64,000 nucleotides of DNA from positions 4,452 through 68,451 of the forward strand of contig JBAXTE010000009.1 in assembly GCA_037130365.1 (NCBI GenBank), read 5' to 3'. The notes under the pieces are model-generated. The model saw nothing but the letters and a program-made list of their open reading frames with translations. It was not told where the DNA came from and ran no database searches. This DNA comes from Bacteroidota bacterium (GTDB taxonomy: Bacteria > Bacteroidota > Bacteroidia > Bacteroidales > WCHB1-69). Of the stretch, positions 36,736 through 46,199 are shown piece after piece. The position numbers were made by a program, and so were the translations under genes. The number at the start of each line of letters is the position of its first letter. Positions within the stretch are counted from its first letter, which is position 1.

Positions 36736-37036
36736 TGTAGTCCTTTTGTTTGTTACTCGTTTTAAAATGCTGATTTATACAAAGATAATTAAAAAAACAT
36801 AACTCATCAATATTATCATTATCAGATGTATTTATTTCGTCAAAATTACTATTGATTATCATTCAATCTTTTTATTTTTTGCCATATTTTTAAACATAAA
36901 ATTGTTAGTAATAAAACACAAGAAATATGATATAGTTTGATAAAAAAATTGTAACTTCGTAAATTAATATATCAAAACTTAATACATTGATTTGTAGTTG
37001 ATTAAAAAATCAATTAGATATCATTCAAACAGAAAT

Positions 37037-39673
37037 ATGGAACAAGGAGAAAAAATCGTTCAGGTAAATATCGAAAATCAGATGAAATCTGCATACATTG
37101 ATTATTCAATGTCAGTAATTGTTTCTCGTGCATTACCTGATGTCCGTGATGGATTAAAACCAGTACATCGTAGAATTTTATATGCGATGTGGGATATGGG
37201 AATTACAGCTAATAAACCATTTAAAAAATCAGCTCGTATCGTGGGTGAAGTTTTGGGTAAATATCATCCACATGGCGACACTGCAGTTTATGATTCTATG
37301 GTTAGAATGGCTCAAGTATGGTCATTGAGATACACGCTTATCGACGGTCAAGGGAACTTTGGTTCAATTGATGGTGATAGTCCTGCTGCAATGCGATATA
37401 CGGAAGCTCGATTGAAAAAAATTGCCGAAGAAATGTTGGTTGATATCGAGAAAGATACCGTAAATATGCGGAAAAATTTCGACGATTCACTAGATGAACC
37501 GACTGTTCTTCCTTCAAAAATTCCGAATTTATTAGTTAATGGTGCTTCTGGAATTGCTGTAGGGATGGCTACAAATATGCCTCCTCATAATCTTCGTGAA
37601 ATTATTGATGGGATTGTTGCTTACATAGACGATCGTGAGATTTCTATCGAAGAATTGATGAAATATGTTAAGGCTCCCGACTTTCCAACTGGTGGAATAA
37701 TTTATGGCTATGAAGGCGTTAAAGAAGCATTTCTCACTGGTCGTGGTCGCGTTATTATGCGTGGCGAAGCAAATTTAGAAAACGAAGAACATTTAAATGG
37801 TCGCGAAAAAATTATTATCTCTTCAATTCCTTATCAAGTTAACAAATCTGAACTTGTAAAAAAAATTGCCGATTTAATTAACGATAAGAAAATTGAAGGA
37901 ATTGCAGATTTAAGAGATGAATCTGACAGAAATGGAATGCGCATCGTTTTTGACTTAAAAAGGGATGCTGTTGCGAATGTCGTGCTTAACAAGTTATATC
38001 AATATACCGCATTACAATCTTCGTTTAGTGTAAATAATGTAGCCTTAGTAGATGGCAGACCATACACGTTAAATCTTAAAGACCTTATTGTACATTATGT
38101 TAGTCATCGCCACGAAATTGTGGTAAGAAGAGCAAAATTCGAACTTGCTGAAGCAGAAAGAAGAGCACACATTCTTGAAGGATTGCTAATTGCTCTTGAT
38201 CATATAGATGAAGTAATTGCATTAATTAGATCTTCAAAAACGGTTGATGAAGCTCGTGAAGGTTTAATGGAACGTTTTGGTTTGTCGGAAATCCAGTCTA
38301 GAGCAATTGTAGATATGCGTCTACGTCAATTAGTTGGACTAGAACGAGATAAACTCCAAGAAGAATACAGTAATCTACTCAAACTTATTGACTATCTAAG
38401 AAACTTATTAGATAATGAACAACTTAGAATGGAAGTCATTAAAACAGAGCTACTTGAGATTAAAGAAAAATATGGTGACGAACGTAAAACAAGAATTGAG
38501 TATTCAGCATCAGATTTTAGAATTGAAGATACCATTGCTGATGAAAGTGTTGTTATTACAATTTCTCATTTAGGTTATATTAAAAGGACACCACTCGTTG
38601 AGTATAAAGTTCAACATAGAGGTGGCAAAGGTAGTAAAGGAAGTAATTCTCGAAATGCCGATTTTATTGAGCAAATGTATGTTGCTACAAACCATAACTA
38701 TCTGTTGTTCTTTACAGAAAAAGGAAAATGTTTCTGGTTAAGAGTTTTTGAAATTCCAGAGGGTTCAAAAACAAGTGTAGGGAGAGCAATTCAAAATATG
38801 ATTAATATTGAGCCTGATGATAAAATCAAAGCAGTAATTAATGTGCTTAATCTATCTGATCCTGAATATATTAATAATAACTTTGTAATACTTTGTACTG
38901 AAAAGGGTATTATCAAAAAAACATCATTAAAAGCATATTCTCGACCAAGAGTAAATGGAATTAATGCAATTACTGTCCGCGAAAATGATATTCTATTTGA
39001 AGCCAGACTGACAAATGGAAGCAATATCATTATGATGGCTTTGGAGTCTGGAAGAGCAATTCGCTTTAATGAAGCGCTTGTTCGTCCAATGGGACGGAAC
39101 GCATCTGGCGTAAGAGGCATTAGAATGGCGAATGAAACAGACAAAGTTATTGGTATGATTTGTGTCAACGATCTCGAAAGTAATGTGTTAGTAGTTTCCG
39201 AAAAGGGATATGGAAAACGTTCATTGATAGAAGATTATAGAGAAACAAATCGCGGTGGAAAGGGCGTAAAAACAATAAATATTACCGATAAAACGGGTAA
39301 GCTCATATCCATTAAAGATGTTACTGATAATGATGATTTAATGATAATCACCACAAATGGCATCACAATTAGATTAAGAGTGATGGATTTACGTGTAATG
39401 GGTAGAGCAACCCAAGGTGTTCGCCTTATAAATGTGAAAGATTCTGATGATATAGCTGCTGTAGCAAAAGTAGATACAGACGTGGAACTAGATGAAGAGG
39501 TAGAATATGCTCAAGTAATCAACGAACCTTTAGAAATTGATCCAAATTTTGAAGAAGCAGAAGAAGCAGATGAAGTTGAAGATGTTGAAGATGATTTGGA
39601 AGCTACTGAAGATGAAAACGATGATGATGAAAACATTGAAGAAAAAAAGTCAAATGATGATACAGAAGTATAA
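37037..39673 (+). CDS. gyrA: DNA gyrase subunit A
   Basis: The catalytic Tyr context is [10 protein letters not shown] and the QRDR-type segment is [13 protein letters not shown]-terminal beta-pinwheel repeats are present. The ATG at 37037 is preferred over the TTG at 36998. The protein ends in an acidic tail of about 40 aa. Confidence 0.96.
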   Translation: MEQGEKIVQVNIENQMKSAYIDYSMSVIVSRALPDVRDGLKPVHRRILYAMWDMGITANKPFKKSARIVGEVLGKYHPHGDTAVYDSMVRMAQVWSLRYTLIDGQGNFGSIDGDSPAAMRYTEARLKKIAEEMLVDIEKDTVNMRKNFDDSLDEPTVLPSKIPNLLVNGASGIAVGMATNMPPHNLREIIDGIVAYIDDREISIEELMKYVKAPDFPTGGIIYGYEGVKEAFLTGRGRVIMRGEANLENEEHLNGREKIIISSIPYQVNKSELVKKIADLINDKKIEGIADLRDESDRNGMRIVFDLKRDAVANVVLNKLYQYTALQSSFSVNNVALVDGRPYTLNLKDLIVHYVSHRHEIVVRRAKFELAEAERRAHILEGLLIALDHIDEVIALIRSSKTVDEAREGLMERFGLSEIQSRAIVDMRLRQLVGLERDKLQEEYSNLLKLIDYLRNLLDNEQLRMEVIKTELLEIKEKYGDERKTRIEYSASDFRIEDTIADESVVITISHLGYIKRTPLVEYKVQHRGGKGSKGSNSRNADFIEQMYVATNHNYLLFFTEKGKCFWLRVFEIPEGSKTSVGRAIQNMINIEPDDKIKAVINVLNLSDPEYINNNFVILCTEKGIIKKTSLKAYSRPRVNGINAITVRENDILFEARLTNGSNIIMMALESGRAIRFNEALVRPMGRNASGVRGIRMANETDKVIGMICVNDLESNVLVVSEKGYGKRSLIEDYRETNRGGKGVKTINITDKTGKLISIKDVTDNDDLMIITTNGITIRLRVMDLRVMGRATQGVRLINVKDSDDIAAVAKVDTDVELDEEVEYAQVINEPLEIDPNFEEAEEADEVEDVEDDLEATEDENDDDENIEEKKSNDDTEV

Positions 39674-39713
39674 TTAAACAAATTTTGATAATAATAAAAA
39701 AAGAAAAATTGTT

Positions 39714-40889
39714 ATGAAAAAAATCAAATTATTACTTGCAATCAGCGTAGTTGCAGGTACGCTAAGTGCGCAAAACCCAAAGGTAAATAACGCTTTTAAC
39801 TATCTTCGTAAAGGAAATCTTTCTAAAGCTAAAGATGCAATAGACGAAGCAAGTGAGCATCAAGATACTAAAGATGCAGCTAAAACATGGTTCTATAAAG
39901 GCAATATTTATTTGGCAATATCAGCTTCAGCAGATCCTGAGGTTAATGGCTTAGATACTGCTGCTCTAGAAAAATCGTATGAATATTATCAAAAATCAAT
40001 CACGATTGATAAAGAGATAAGTAATGATATGCTCAATATTTCTAACCCTTTTGATGGAATTAAAATGGTTGCAAATATTTGGTTTATTAAAGGTAGAAAA
40101 TATTTTGACGAAAAGAATTTCTATCGTGCATATTATTGCTATAATAAATCGTATGAATACACTAATCCAAAAGATGATAATGCGGCATATATGGCTGCTA
40201 TTTGTGGAATAAATTACGATAATACGCGTGATATGAAAAAAGACACAATTAGCTTAGCAAAAGAGACAAAATCTTATCTAGTGGGCCTTACTAATAGAGG
40301 TTTTAAAGATGAATTTATCTACAGCACATTAGCTAATTTGTATATGACAGATAAGGATACTACAAAAGCAGTAAGCGTTGCTAATAAAGCCGAAAAGCAA
40401 TTTCCTGATAGCTCTAATACATTATTGTTAAAATTAAGTGTTTACTATTGGGCAGGTAAAACTGCGGATGCTAACGTATTACGTGAAACTATCAAAGGAA
40501 AATATACAAAAAACCCACTTGTGTTTTTTAATATGGGAAACATACTGGAAAAGACAAATTTTGAAGAATCAGAAAAAGCTTTTCTTATGGCTATAGATTT
40601 AAATCCTACATACTTTGATGCAATATTTAATCTAGGTGCATTATATTTTAATAAATACGTAGATATTAAGAAAAATGCTTCAAATATCAAGGATGACGCT
40701 GAGTATACAAAAGCTATCGAAAAATCTAAAGAGTATATAACAAAGGCTCGTCCTTATGTTGAAAAATGTTATGCAATGAATGCTCAAGATTATAATACCC
40801 TTTTTATGCTTAAGTTAATTTATGCCAATTCTAATGAATTAGAAAAAGTTAAAGAGATGGATGCATTATTACTGAAAATTAAAAAATAA
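39714..40889 (+). CDS. Secreted TPR-repeat protein
   Basis: 391 aa with a signal peptide and repeated TPR-like helical pairs (e.g. WFYKGNIYLAI, AIFNLGALYFNK). Confidence 0.7.
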   Translation: MKKIKLLLAISVVAGTLSAQNPKVNNAFNYLRKGNLSKAKDAIDEASEHQDTKDAAKTWFYKGNIYLAISASADPEVNGLDTAALEKSYEYYQKSITIDKEISNDMLNISNPFDGIKMVANIWFIKGRKYFDEKNFYRAYYCYNKSYEYTNPKDDNAAYMAAICGINYDNTRDMKKDTISLAKETKSYLVGLTNRGFKDEFIYSTLANLYMTDKDTTKAVSVANKAEKQFPDSSNTLLLKLSVYYWAGKTADANVLRETIKGKYTKNPLVFFNMGNILEKTNFEESEKAFLMAIDLNPTYFDAIFNLGALYFNKYVDIKKNASNIKDDAEYTKAIEKSKEYITKARPYVEKCYAMNAQDYNTLFMLKLIYANSNELEKVKEMDALLLKIKK

Positions 40890-40907
40890 TATTTTTCATA
40901 TTTCTAA

Positions 40908-40938
40908 AAACCTCGACTAAATATCGAGGTTTTTTTTT
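40908..40938 (+). terminator. Rho-independent terminator
   Basis: AAACCTCGA-CTAAATA-TCGAGGTTT stem-loop followed by a T-run. Confidence 0.8.
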
Positions 40939-40949
40939 ATCTTTGAAAC

Positions 40950-42074
40950 ATGAAAAAAATTATCATTTTTTGTCTATTATCCTGTAATATTTGGTTGACT
41001 TCAGCAATCAATATAAAGCCTAATTATGCTTTACCAATTGAAAATGATACGATTAAATATTCGAAAATTTTAGATGCATTACACAATTGGAAAATTGCAG
41101 ATGCTTCTATAGAGCTCAAAAGTATTGCCATTAGCAGCAATCCTAATGACGAAGCTTATTTCTATTTTTTTAAAGGTGTTGTAACCTATTATTCTTGGAG
41201 GCAAAGTGATTCAACCAATGGGAATACTTCATTAGTTTTTATTGATAGTGCAATTAAATATTTTGAAAAATCTATTAGTATAAATTCTTCAATAAGCTTT
41301 TCAAAATTATACATTAATTCTCCAAAAGATGGATTAGATTCTTGTGCTACAGTTTTATCGAGTAATGCAAAAATGAATTATTTAAAAGGAGATTATTTAA
41401 AATCAACCAAATTATATGAAAAAGCTGTGGATATTAATGGAGATTACAATAATTTAGTAGGAGCGGGGCTGAGTTCAATGATGCAAACGAGTTATTTTAA
41501 AGCAGAAAAATACTTTAAAATGGCCAAAGAATATTACCCTCAAAACGAAAAAACATGGATTTTTCTTACGGAAGTCTATAAAAGAATGGGAGATACCGTA
41601 AATGCAATTAATATTTCCCACGAATCATTATTGAAATTCAACCACAATGTGAATTTATTGTTAAATTATTGTAATGTAGCAAATTGGAGTAATATTCAGA
41701 AAGAAATTGACGAATCTATAACTAAGCTAGAGGATCAATCAGTTCCAAGAAATGATCAGTTAAATAAAATACTTGTGAATTATTATTCTAAAAATAATGA
41801 TTTTAAAAAAGCAGAACCATATATTATTGAAGTTTCAAATAATATTAAATCAACAAATGAACGTACTGAAGCATTATTAGTTTTTTATTATAATTGGTAT
41901 ATCAATTTACTTGATGAAATTTGTATTAATTATTCAAAAGGAAATTCATTGATTCGCAACAATCAATATTTATTAGCCAATTTTGTACTGCTGAAATCTA
42001 AACCATATTTAGCTAATGACAATGCTAAGATGAAACAGGTTTGTGATTTTTTAATTCATGAAATGGACAATTAA
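40950..42074 (+). CDS. Secreted TPR-like protein
   Basis: 374 aa with a signal peptide and TPR-like repeats. A TATCTTTG -7 box lies immediately upstream. Confidence 0.65.
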   Translation: MKKIIIFCLLSCNIWLTSAINIKPNYALPIENDTIKYSKILDALHNWKIADASIELKSIAISSNPNDEAYFYFFKGVVTYYSWRQSDSTNGNTSLVFIDSAIKYFEKSISINSSISFSKLYINSPKDGLDSCATVLSSNAKMNYLKGDYLKSTKLYEKAVDINGDYNNLVGAGLSSMMQTSYFKAEKYFKMAKEYYPQNEKTWIFLTEVYKRMGDTVNAINISHESLLKFNHNVNLLLNYCNVANWSNIQKEIDESITKLEDQSVPRNDQLNKILVNYYSKNNDFKKAEPYIIEVSNNIKSTNERTEALLVFYYNWYINLLDEICINYSKGNSLIRNNQYLLANFVLLKSKPYLANDNAKMKQVCDFLIHEMDN

Positions 42075-42277
42075 TCACATAAATATAAAGAATTCATCAA
42101 ACTTAAAAAATGTTCTGATAATATACATTATGTTAAGTAGATAAATTTAAACTAATCCAATTATTGAAAATTGGAATAAATTGTAATCCCACCACTCTTA
42201 TGTTATAGGCATTCAGATTATTAGAATAAATGTAGAAAAATAATATTAATAATTGTTGGTTATATCAGAATATTTCC

Positions 42278-42285
42278 TAATTTTG
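42278..42285 (+). promoter_or_regulatory. -7 promoter box (TAATTTTG) for SRP RNA
   Basis: TAATTTTGCAC ends 2 nt before the start of the RNA helix (42290). The 11-mer is identical to the one upstream of tRNA-Met. Confidence 0.55.
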
Positions 42286-42289
42286 CACT

Positions 42290-42386
42290 GGGTAAGTCTT
42301 ATACGACCAGCTCCTATTGAACTCCCCCAGGTCCGGAAGGAAGCAAGGGTAATTTGGTTGAGCGGTGCGATATAAGTAGCTTACCC
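42290..42386 (+). ncRNA. ffs: Signal recognition particle RNA (small, 4.5S-type)
   Basis: The terminal helix is GGGTAAG...CTTACCC. The conserved domain IV core CCAGGTCCGGAAGGAAGCA is present, and a T-run follows. Confidence 0.9.
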
Positions 42387-42411
42387 ATTTTTTATTTAAA
42401 TTTTATGGGTT

Positions 42412-43035
42412 ATGTTACTCAAAATTTATCCCGAAAATCCCAATCCTCGAGAAATTAACAAAGTCGTGGATTGCTTAAAAAGTGGTGGTATTGTTATCTT
42501 TCCAACTGATACAATTTATGGAATTGGTTGTGATATTCACAATCATAAGGCTGTAGAACGAATATCTGAAATCATTAAAACAGATATTAATAAAAGTAAC
42601 TTTTCATTTATTTTTAACGACTTAAGTCATATTTCTGATTATGCTAAGCCGTTTTCAAATCCCGTCTTTAAATTACTAAAGTATACCCTTCCTGGTCCAT
42701 ATACCTTTATTTTAGAGGCAAACAACAATGTCCCCAAAATTTTTCATAATAAAAAAAAGACATTGGGTATTCGTATACCAAACAATCCAATTATTAATTC
42801 TATCGTTAATTCGTTAGGAAACCCTATATTATCTAAGTCGGTAAAGGATTTAAGTGATGATATTTTTGAATATTATACTGATCCAGAATTAATCTATGAG
42901 CAATTCGGAGATTTAGTAGATATTATTATTGATGGCGGGTATAGTGGGCATACTCCTTCTACAGTTATTAGTTGTTTAAATAATGAATTTGAGGTTATTA
43001 GAGAAGGACTTGGGAGTATAAAAGGTCTTTTATAG
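42412..43035 (+). CDS. tsaC: L-threonylcarbamoyladenylate synthase (YrdC/TsaC family)
   Basis: 207-aa YrdC-domain protein (IVIFPTDTIYGIGCD...LGIRIP...). Confidence 0.8.
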   Translation: MLLKIYPENPNPREINKVVDCLKSGGIVIFPTDTIYGIGCDIHNHKAVERISEIIKTDINKSNFSFIFNDLSHISDYAKPFSNPVFKLLKYTLPGPYTFILEANNNVPKIFHNKKKTLGIRIPNNPIINSIVNSLGNPILSKSVKDLSDDIFEYYTDPELIYEQFGDLVDIIIDGGYSGHTPSTVISCLNNEFEVIREGLGSIKGLL

Positions 43036-43043
43036 TTTGAATT

Positions 43044-43370
43044 ATGAAACAAAATATTTTTGATATTTCTAATGTAATACTCAATATTGATGATAATGAG
43101 TATTTTGAAGATTTGCATGAACAAGAAAATATTAGGATTGAACGAATTGTTTCTTGCGGGCAAACAACTCCTGTTGATAAATGGCTGGAGGAATCAAACT
43201 CAGAATGGGTCGTTGTTGTTCAAGGTGAAGCGTGTTTAGTTTTTGACACGAATGAGACGTTTGTTTTAAAAGCTGGGGATCACCTATTGATTCCTTCGAA
43301 TCAAAAACATCGAGTTTCTTATACTAGCTCTACTCCTGAATGTATTTGGATTGCTGTTCATCAAAAATAA
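43044..43370 (+). CDS. Cupin-domain protein
   Basis: 108 aa with a small beta-barrel pattern (EWVVVVQGEACLVF...GDHLLIPSNQKHRV). Confidence 0.7.
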   Translation: MKQNIFDISNVILNIDDNEYFEDLHEQENIRIERIVSCGQTTPVDKWLEESNSEWVVVVQGEACLVFDTNETFVLKAGDHLLIPSNQKHRVSYTSSTPECIWIAVHQK

Positions 43371-43376
43371 TTCAAC

Positions 43377-44567
43377 ATGATATCACAACGAAATTTATTT
43401 TTTAACCACATAGCCCAAACATCTCCAGAGCCGTTAGCATTGGAAATTGACTCAGCTTTAGGGGTTTATCTTACAGATATTCATGGAAAAAAGTATATTG
43501 ATTTAATTTCTGGTATTTCGGTGAGCAATATCGGTCATAGACATCCTAATGTAGTAAATGCTATCCGTTTACAAACAGATAAATACTTACATTTGATGGT
43601 TTATGGCGAGTATATTCAATCCCCTCAAGTATTATTAGCTCAAAAAATAACCTCTTTACTTCCCTCCCATTTATCTAATGTTTTTTTTGTAAACTCAGGC
43701 AGCGAAGCCAATGATGGTGCTCTAAAGTTATCTAGGAAATTTACAGGAAGATCCGAAATTTTATCTTGTTTAAATGCTTATCACGGAAGTACATTTGGTG
43801 CGCTCAGTGCCATGGGAAGTGAAGATTATAAACAATGGTTTGCTCCTCTTATTCCTGGTTTTTCGAATATTACTTTTGGAAATATTGACGATTTGCAAAA
43901 AATATCAGTGAAAACTGCAGCTATACTTATTGAACCAATTCAAGGAGAAGCTGGAGTTAGAACGGCTAATGGAGTATATTGGAAAGCCCTTCAACAAAAG
44001 TGTAAGGATACTGGTACCTTAATTATTGCTGATGAAGTACAAACTGGTTTTGGGAGAACAGGCAAAATGTTTGGCTTTGAATATGCAGGCTTTACCCCTG
44101 ATATTGTGACATTTGCAAAAGGAATGGGCGGTGGAATGCCAATTGGAGCTTTTGTTGCCTCAAAAGAAATGATGGAAAGTTTTACACATCATCCCATATT
44201 AGGTCATATTACAACATTTGGCGGACATCCAGTCTCTTGTGCAGCCGCTCTTGCATGTATTGAAACCATCGAAAACGAAAATCTAATCAATCGAGTTCCA
44301 GAAATATCTAGTTTTATTGTTAATGAATTATCTGATATTAATGGAGTTAGAGAAATTCGTGCTGCCGGACTATTAATTGCTATTGAATTTGATTCATTTG
44401 AAATTAATAAGAAAATCATAGATACTTGTATTCAAAATGGGGTAATTGCTGATTGGTTTTTATTTTGTGACAATAGTATGAGAATTGCACCTCCAATAAA
44501 TATTACAAATCTGGAACTTCAAAAAGCAATTGAGATTATTAAAAAGAGTATTGAAAAAAACATATAA
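43377..44567 (+). CDS. Class-III PLP-dependent aminotransferase (acetylornithine/ornithine aminotransferase-like)
   Basis: 396 aa with the motifs NSGSEANDGALKL, IADEVQTGFGRTGKMF and TFAKGMGGG (PLP lysine context). Confidence 0.85.
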   Translation: MISQRNLFFNHIAQTSPEPLALEIDSALGVYLTDIHGKKYIDLISGISVSNIGHRHPNVVNAIRLQTDKYLHLMVYGEYIQSPQVLLAQKITSLLPSHLSNVFFVNSGSEANDGALKLSRKFTGRSEILSCLNAYHGSTFGALSAMGSEDYKQWFAPLIPGFSNITFGNIDDLQKISVKTAAILIEPIQGEAGVRTANGVYWKALQQKCKDTGTLIIADEVQTGFGRTGKMFGFEYAGFTPDIVTFAKGMGGGMPIGAFVASKEMMESFTHHPILGHITTFGGHPVSCAAALACIETIENENLINRVPEISSFIVNELSDINGVREIRAAGLLIAIEFDSFEINKKIIDTCIQNGVIADWFLFCDNSMRIAPPINITNLELQKAIEIIKKSIEKNI

Positions 44568-44622
44568 CTTTGTAACCTAAACTTTCATCTCAAAGCAATT
44601 GAGATTATAACTTGCAAAAACA

Positions 44623-45192
44623 ATGACAGAAACATATCAACCAATATTTGAGGATTCAAATCACCAAATTGATTATGAAATTACTCATGGAAAGCACATT
44701 ATTGAGCTATTATCAGTAGCAAACGAGTTTATTAATTTTATGGATGATTGTAGCAAATACGACAAACATATAATTATGGGTTATCTTCAGAAATTATTAC
44801 CCTTGATTTATCTGAAATCCTCTTTATTGCCAGAAATTAAGCTAGATGACAATACTGCAGATGAGCGATTTGTTACCGAAGAAGAATATGAACGGATCCT
44901 GAGCATATTACTAGAAAAATTTTCGCAAAAATGTGAAGATGACCATGAATGTTCTTGTACCGACGAAGGCCCAAAGGTTGCCGAAGCATTAGCAGATCTT
45001 TATCAAGATTTAAAGGATACCATTATTTTATATGGAACAAACAAAACATCTGCTCAAGAATGGGCTGTGCATAATTGTAGGACTTGGTTTATAGAACGTT
45101 GGGGTTTAGCCGTGGCTGATATATTAGGTTATATTCATACTTGTATTTATCATCTACATGACCATGATGAGGAGATTCATACTGACTTATAA
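44623..45192 (+). CDS. Hypothetical acidic protein
   Basis: 189-aa ORF with no motif I recognise with confidence. Confidence 0.6.
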   Translation: MTETYQPIFEDSNHQIDYEITHGKHIIELLSVANEFINFMDDCSKYDKHIIMGYLQKLLPLIYLKSSLLPEIKLDDNTADERFVTEEEYERILSILLEKFSQKCEDDHECSCTDEGPKVAEALADLYQDLKDTIILYGTNKTSAQEWAVHNCRTWFIERWGLAVADILGYIHTCIYHLHDHDEEIHTDL

Positions 45193-45196
45193 TTCA

Positions 45197-45226
45197 TAAA
45201 AAAAGTCCCGTTTGGGACTTTTTTTA
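45197..45226. terminator. Bidirectional terminator
   Basis: AGTCCC-GTTT-GGGACT stem-loop flanked by A8 and T8. Confidence 0.8.
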
Positions 45227-45237
45227 TGAACTCAACT

Positions 45238-45390
45238 TTAGTTCATAAACACATCAAAATTGCCAAGACTTTTTGATTTAATCACTACTAAAGATGTCGC
45301 ATAACTTAAAATAAACTTGTTTATCGACAATCTTGGCATTGGAGTTTGAGCATTTTTTTGTGGTTTTAAAAGTGTACTTTTTTTGTTCAT
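45238..45390 (-). CDS. Small hypothetical membrane-type protein (50 aa) downstream of the ECF sigma gene
   Basis: Hand-translated ORF below the track's length cut-off: MNKKSTLLKPQKNAQTPMPRLSINKFILSYATSLVVIKSKSLGNFDVFMN. It is on the same strand as the sigma gene, 56 nt downstream of it, and ends just before the terminator. Confidence 0.3.
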   Translation of the reverse strand: MNKKSTLLKPQKNAQTPMPRLSINKFILSYATSLVVIKSKSLGNFDVFMN

Positions 45391-45446
45391 AGGCTTATTT
45401 TTACATCATTTAAACCTAAAAACGAACAAAAAACTGGAATATTGTT

Positions 45447-46028
45447 TTAAGTGAGAATAATATTTTTCTCATTAACAATTTTTCTAATATTTATCAATGC
45501 ATATCTCATTCTACCCAATGCAGTATTGATGCTTATATCACATTTATCGGCAATATCTTTAAAACTCATATTTTGATAAAAGCGCATGTGTACCACATCT
45601 CTTTGCTCAACAGGTAGATGTTCGATAACACCTCTTACATCGGCATGTATTTGATTTGTAATCATTTGATCCTCTTTAGAAGGCTCTGTCCCCATAATTA
45701 AATTAAAAATATCAAATTCATCATTTGGGCTGCATGTTGGCATTCTATTTTCTTTTCGGAAGTAATCGATACTCAAATTATGAGCAATTCTCATAACCCA
45801 TTGGATGAATTTTCCCTCTTCATTATATTGTCCGGAACGAATAGTGTGAATGACTTTTACAAAAGTATCTTGATAAATATCTTCTGCAACATCGCGGTTA
45901 TTTACAATCATGTAAATATAACCAAAGATTTTCTTTTGGTAACGATTAATTAAAACCTCTAGAGATTTTGAATCACCTGAAGCGAAGTTAATGATTAAAT
46001 CATTATCGCTAAGTAAATTTGCTTTCAT
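45447..46028 (-). CDS. ECF-type RNA polymerase sigma-70 factor
   Basis: 193 aa with region 2 (DIYQDTFVKV...WVMRIAHNLSIDYFRK) and a region 4 HTH (MSFKDIADKCDISINTALGRMRYAL). Confidence 0.9.
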   Translation of the reverse strand: MKANLLSDNDLIINFASGDSKSLEVLINRYQKKIFGYIYMIVNNRDVAEDIYQDTFVKVIHTIRSGQYNEEGKFIQWVMRIAHNLSIDYFRKENRMPTCSPNDEFDIFNLIMGTEPSKEDQMITNQIHADVRGVIEHLPVEQRDVVHMRFYQNMSFKDIADKCDISINTALGRMRYALINIRKIVNEKNIILT

Positions 46029-46199
46029 AATAGCCTCCTTTTTGGATGGTTAGTAAAGCGTAAAATTTACTCTATAGGCGATTTTTGTTTGTGAATAACT
46101 ATTAATATTTTGCAAATATACGGTTTGAAATATTTAAAGTCAAGTATTTTTGGTATTTTTGCATAAATATTTCACGAATAATTCGGCAACTACCTAATA

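Noticed and set aside
36998-37036. The upstream TTG start for gyrA. The same issue applies to the TTG at 61495 for glmM, the non-ATG start at 15634 for the 139-aa ORF and the TTG at 25789 for the repeat protein.
   Set aside because: In each case a downstream ATG gives a canonical N-terminus ([10 protein letters not shown]..., MSLIKSISGIRG..., METTDELL..., MKKIALIV...). For glmM the TTG lies inside the TATCTTTG promoter box itself.
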